Shown: positions 54,640 to 60,600 of the stretch, one piece after another
Layout of the letters: each line of letters opens with the position of its first letter
Numbering within the stretch: the first letter of the stretch is position 1
Assembly: GCA_951406725.2 (NCBI GenBank)
Contig: OX597817.1
Location: 139,748,001-139,812,000 of the forward strand
Direction of reading: 5' to 3'
Source: Octopus vulgaris
Taxonomy: Eukaryota
DNA length: 64,000 bases
Notes under the pieces: generated by a model
What the model was told of the DNA's origin: nothing
What the model saw: the letters and a program-made list of their open reading frames with translations, nothing else
The model's database searches: none
Program-made: the position numbers and the translations under genes

Positions 54640-57600
54640 CACACATTGCTGTGTGAAACAGTTCATAGCGTGTTTCCAATCCAATTGATGACGGGAAATG
54701 AGAAATTTTGCATTGCTTGGCCAAATGTTGCAAACTCATACAGGCATGCATAGCAGTCTGCCTGCCTGTCTGCCTATCTGCTAGTCTTTCAGTCTCTTTA
54801 TCTGCCTCTCTATCTGTCTGTCTGCCTCTCTGCCTATCTATCTGCTTGTCTGTCTGCCTCTCTGGCTGCCTGTCTGTCTTCTGTCTCTATCTGCCTCCAC
54901 CTGTCTGTCTGCTTGTCTGTCTGTCTGCCTGCCTAACTTCCTAAGCCTACTCCCCTTCCTCTCCCCCAGTATAGTACCCCCCAACTCTTCACTGTATCAA
55001 TAGTACACACATGCTATCTTTGTCTGTTGATGTCACATAAAAAGCACTGGCGCTGGCTGGTGCCATACAAAAAGCACCAAATACACTCTGTAGAGTGTCT
55101 GATGTTAGGAAGGGCATCCAGCTGTAGAAACCAAGCCAGAATAGGCAATGGAGCCTGGTGCTGTCCCTGGCCTTTACCAGCTCTGGTCAAACCATCCACC
55201 CCATTTCAGCATGGAAAAACGGTCACTAAATGAGGATGGTGATCAGTCTGAACCTTTTATTAACATCTTTGGTTCCCAACTTTCGTTGGCCATTCTGTAA
55301 TCTTCTGTTATCCATAATGGACTGATAGTGGATTAGTGATCTTCCCCCCCCCCCCATAACTCCATTCCAGATCTTTCAGTCTTTCATTGATATTTGCAAT
55401 CCTCCTCATTTTCAAGTTTCATCATCATCATCATTTTGATTACTAATGAAGGTCATGCGACTGATGACCAACAAAGTATCTCTCAGCAGAATCTCCCCCC
55501 CCCCCACACTGTGTCCTCTCACTGCCTGTTCTATATCTACTACAGTGACCTCTGTTCCTTAGAATTAACACCTCCTAAGCCAACCTCAAGTACCCATCTC
55601 TTCTGCTCTGTCTCACTTCACAAACCACTCAGTCCAATCCTTCCACTATTCCTTCCCACCTACATTTTTGCTCCTGACACAACAGTCTGTGCAGTCTTGG
55701 AGGTTACAATGTATTTTCCTGACCAATTTCTGTCCCTACCATCCAACCACAGTCAGGTCACTTTCTGTTATTGGTTATGTTTGTGGAAAATCTACAGAAA
55801 CGACTCCTTCATAACAATTCCACCATATTATCTTTATCCTATTGGCTACACCACTTAGTTCTTCCGTTCCCGCCACCACCACCACGTCTTATGGATCTTA
55901 CCTTATCATAACATTGTCTTCATCAAGGATACAACATGTTACCAGTCGAGGAATTGAACCTACAATCTTAGGATTGTGAGCTTAACACTCTAACCACAAA
56001 AGTCAGGTTCCTTTATCCTGAAGTAAGAACTTACAGTCCAAGTCAGTTCCTTTTGAGAGCCCCTACTCTCATAAACTGGGACTTTTACATGTCTGTTTTG
56101 GCATAGTTCCTATGACCAGATGCCTTTCCTATCACCAACCACTTTACAGAGTGGTCTGGCTGCATTTTCTTGTGGTGCCAGTGCTAGAGAGGTTGACAGG
56201 CTTCTGTATACTTTGTCAACCAAATTTCACTGCCAAGGTTTTGTTCAACATGAGGGCTATGATAGAAACCCTTGACCCCAATGGCACCCACTGGGATTGA
56301 ACTTGGAATCGTTTTGATGCCTTGCCTGTCTCTGTATAGTGTCATAAGCCCATTTCTCGTTTGATGTTAATGTCCTTGGGAAAGAAATGACTTGGCTTTC
56401 ATTGTATCCGTTTTTCTTATTTTAAAACCTCCAACGTCACACCTGTGCAAATAATCACAGACAGCCATCAGAAAATTGATTTTCTAAATAAAAAAAATAA
56501 ACAAACACATAAGTTAAAAACGTCTTTTTTTGATTTTTTTTTTTGTTTCAGTTTTCTAGTCCATTGTTTGAGAACAATTTCAATTGTGAGAATTCCTACC
56601 CGTTACCTGCTGTCTCAGATAATCTCCCAGTTGGTAGCATCCATGGCATTTTCAATATGTTTATTTATATTGGTAAGACTTTTATACATTTTATTACATT
56701 GTATTACAATATTTATTTAACTCTTCAACTATCAAAGTTGTCTTTTGTTTTGATTTGTTTGAGATTTTTTTTTCCGGTGTTTGTATTTGTCTTGCAAGTG
56801 ACTCGATCTGAGACCATGGATTAACCCTGAGCAAACTGCATCACGGAAGAACCATTTCAGCCATTTAATAACATATAAAACTCTTAAAAGACTCTTTAGA
56901 TTTAAATATATCTCTTCATCACCATCATCATTTAACATCTGTTTTCCATGCTGGCATGGGTTGGACAGTTTCACAGCAGCTAGCAAGTCTGAGAGCTGCT
57001 CCAGACTCCAATTGTCTGTTTTGGCATGTTACAAAATTGCTAGAATGGCTCTTCCACACAATAAATGTTATCTTTGCTGCTGCTGCTGCTGCTGCTCCCA
57101 TTGATCCGCAATATCATCATTCACATCACCACCACCACCACCACCGACAGAAGCGGTGCGTTTACCTTAACATTGTGCCAGATGGAAGGACTAGACTGCT
57201 ACAGACAGTTATTCCTTCTAATTGTTAACATGGAGAAGTAATGATGTGTGTGACTTAAGACTAAAGTGACATCTACCAGAAGTATATCAAATCTAATAAG
57301 AGTACTGCACCATATACTGTACTCTACTTTACAAAGCTATTACTGAAGTACATTCCATTCCACTGGAAATACCTTGCTGCACTATGCTATACACTGTGGC
57401 ACTACACTGTATGACAGCATACTGAATAGCACCACATTGCGTATGTCATCATCATCATCTGTCCATTTTCTGCCCTAGCATGGGTTGGATGGTTTGACCA
57501 GAGCTGGCAGAAACGTTAGCACGCTGGGCGAAATGCGTAGTTGTATTTCTTCTGCCATTACGTTCTGAGTTCAAATTCTGCCGAGGTCGACTTTGCCTTT

Positions 57601-60600
57601 CATCCTTTCGGGGTCGATAAATTAAGTACCAGTTACACACTGGTATATAATCGACTTAATTCGTTTGTCTGTCCTTGTTTGTCCTCTCTGTGTTTAACCC
57701 TGTGTGGGTAGTAAAGAAATAGGTTTGACCAGAGCTGGCAGGGCCAGGGGCCACAGCAGGTTCCATCCATAGTCTCACACTGTATAACACTTCACTACAC
57801 CACTCTAATAAAATGTTTTATACTAAACTACATCGCATGATGACACTGCTTCATACCACGTCATTAGCTCTGTGTCACACCATTTGGCATTTTTCCTAGA
57901 CCAATTTACACTTCATTGCTGATTCCTTCTCTATTGTCTAGAAGAAAGGGACATTGGGTGTGGCCTTTTATGGCCCCTTCAAGGTATGGTGCAGTTAGTT
58001 CTGAGATAAGAAGTTAGTAACCCTCAGTATTTCACTGGTACCGTATACATTGTCTCTGGAAGGATGTAAAGCAGTATTAACCTTGGAGGGATTTGAACTC
58101 GGAATGTTTGGAACAAGAACGAGAAGCCAGGTTGAACAGAATCACTGAGATGGGTTTCATTGGTCACTGTCTGCATTGCAGTAGCAAATCCATTTCTTGC
58201 TTATTTCAGCCCACTTTGTTTCTTTTCAGGATTGCTCTTTGCCAAATGTCTGAGACGGTTGTTGTATTTATTGTGAAAGAATTGCTGCTAACAGCAAATC
58301 CGGTCAGTCTGCATATGCAAAGCATGGGACATGGGGACAAAGATTTGTTCAACTTTCTTAAAGTCTACTTATTGATTGCTTTTATAATTAAATTAGTGTC
58401 GACATATTTAATTCAGTGATTATACAATGCTAACAAGAAAAAATGTTACGTTAATTAACTGACTAATAACAATGTTACAATAATCAGCTACCAAATAATA
58501 ATGTTATGTTAATTAGCTAACTATAAATAAATTTTGCATTGTTGGTATTTGTGTTCTTGAGGCAGGCATGGAATATATGCAAAGTATTATTTTGAAATTG
58601 GGTCACTGTTAGAGGTGCTAGTTTCACATGAGGAACTTTTGGTAACCAGCCTGATGGAACCCATCCTTCACTTCTAGCTTTTTCCCACAGGTGGAGACAA
58701 ACCTGGTAGAAGAGATAAAATATTACTGCTCACCATTTTAACGTCCATTTTCCATGTTTGCAAAGGTTTGGCACAGTTTATTGAGGCAAATTTCTCTATG
58801 GTTGGATGCCCTTTCTATCACCAACCTTCCTTCTTCTGTTTCCAATCAAAGCAATATTTCCCCTCCATGGCCATATAGGTCTGTGCAGAATATTGGAGAT
58901 AAATGACATTGCTCGAATGATGGTGACAACCATTTTACATGATGTCATGGCAAAGACACACACACACACACATACATTTAAGTTTCCCTTGTATCAAATC
59001 CACTCATCCGGCTTTGGGCCCTAGTAGAAAACCCTTGGCCAAGGTGCCACACTGTGGGATTGAACCTCGAACCCTGTGGCTGGAAAGCAAACTTCTTAAC
59101 CACATAGCCACATCTGTGCCCATTATTACAGTAATAAGTTGTTACCTTGTGCAACCCATTTACAGCCATATAGACTGGGCTGTGTCATGTGATTCAATGT
59201 CCTGGTCTCCCTCAGTTGATTGTCCAATAATCTTACTCCTTTTTGTTGCCATATTTCTGCTGAAATACTTCCTCTTTATGTCAGTTTGTTTCAAAAATAA
59301 TAAAGGATGGAATCAAATGCCTTTGTCATTATTTAAGCTGGTGTCTGGAACATAAATGAACCTCAGTTTTTCATGGAATTTTTTAATATTGATCCCTTTC
59401 AAACAGGAAGTTTGTATCATAAAATTAGGGGTGGCTTTGGGCAGGTTAGTACCAAACAGGTTCAAGTGAAACAAGGAATAAAAACCAGGTCATGGGATCC
59501 GTTTCTGTTCTCTGATGCTTCCTTGTTTAATTAGAAACCTGTTACTTATACCACTGCCACCACCACCACCACCACCAGCAGCAGCAGCTGCCGCCGTTCA
59601 AGAATTTGGACCTGGAGATCTCCATTTCCAGCAACTTCGAGGGCCACCTCCCAGTGGTGTCGGGCGTCAATGAAGAGCCCTTGACTACAACAAGATAACC
59701 AAAGATTTTTTTTTTTCCATGGTCTGGGGTCTCCTGCCCCTAAGCCCTAGACCATCACCTAATCACCTTTACCTCTCTTGTTGCTTAACAACAACAACAG
59801 CAGCAGCAGCATGACGGTGACCACCACCACTACCAGCGCCTCCACCACCACCATGACCACCTCCACCACCACTGCAAATGCTCTTTGTAAAATGTATTTA
59901 GTAAAGGTAAAGAAAGTTGAATTTAACATAATCTTTTTTTTTAATATTTGTAAAAATTTTGTTCTTTTTCTTTTTAGCTCGTTATGTGTACCATATCCCA
60001 GAATGGTTCCATCACATACTTATTATGTTCCGAATGCTGTTGAAACGCACCATAGAGAGTTATGTACAGTATTATATTCAACAGAAATATTTCCAGATCT
60101 GTCAGGAGCATCGGTTGGCTTATTATATCAACATTATTAAAAGTAGGTCTATTGATTACAGTTTTACACAGAGAAATTGTCAAATTACTCTCTCATATAC
60201 TATTTAATTATACACCATTGTATTAATCAAGTTTCGAAATATAGCAGCCATATTTATTTATTAGGATTATTTTTTTATTCTTTTTCTTTTTCATCATTTT
60301 CATTTTCTTGTTGTTTCTTTTTGTTTGTTTGCTTTTTTTTTGTTCTTTCCATTATTTTTGTTTCGAGAACATCTTCGGTTTCTGCAGGAAATCAATATAA
60401 ATGGATAGATTTAATAACAACTTAGTCTTATCTCTAATGAATGTGGTAAATAAGAAACTAGACTTGTCGTTTCTATTATGTATGAAGAAGAAGAAGAAGA
60501 AGAAGAAGAAGAAGCCGTGTATATTTTGTAATTGTAGTTGATAGATATAAAGGAATTGTAACGGTCGACTGACGAAGGTGTTGTTTGCCTCTGGCCTGAA

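Noticed and set aside
59778-60140. 120-aa ORF with poly-N/S/T start
   Set aside because: A trinucleotide microsatellite read into a different frame of the true SNX14 exon.
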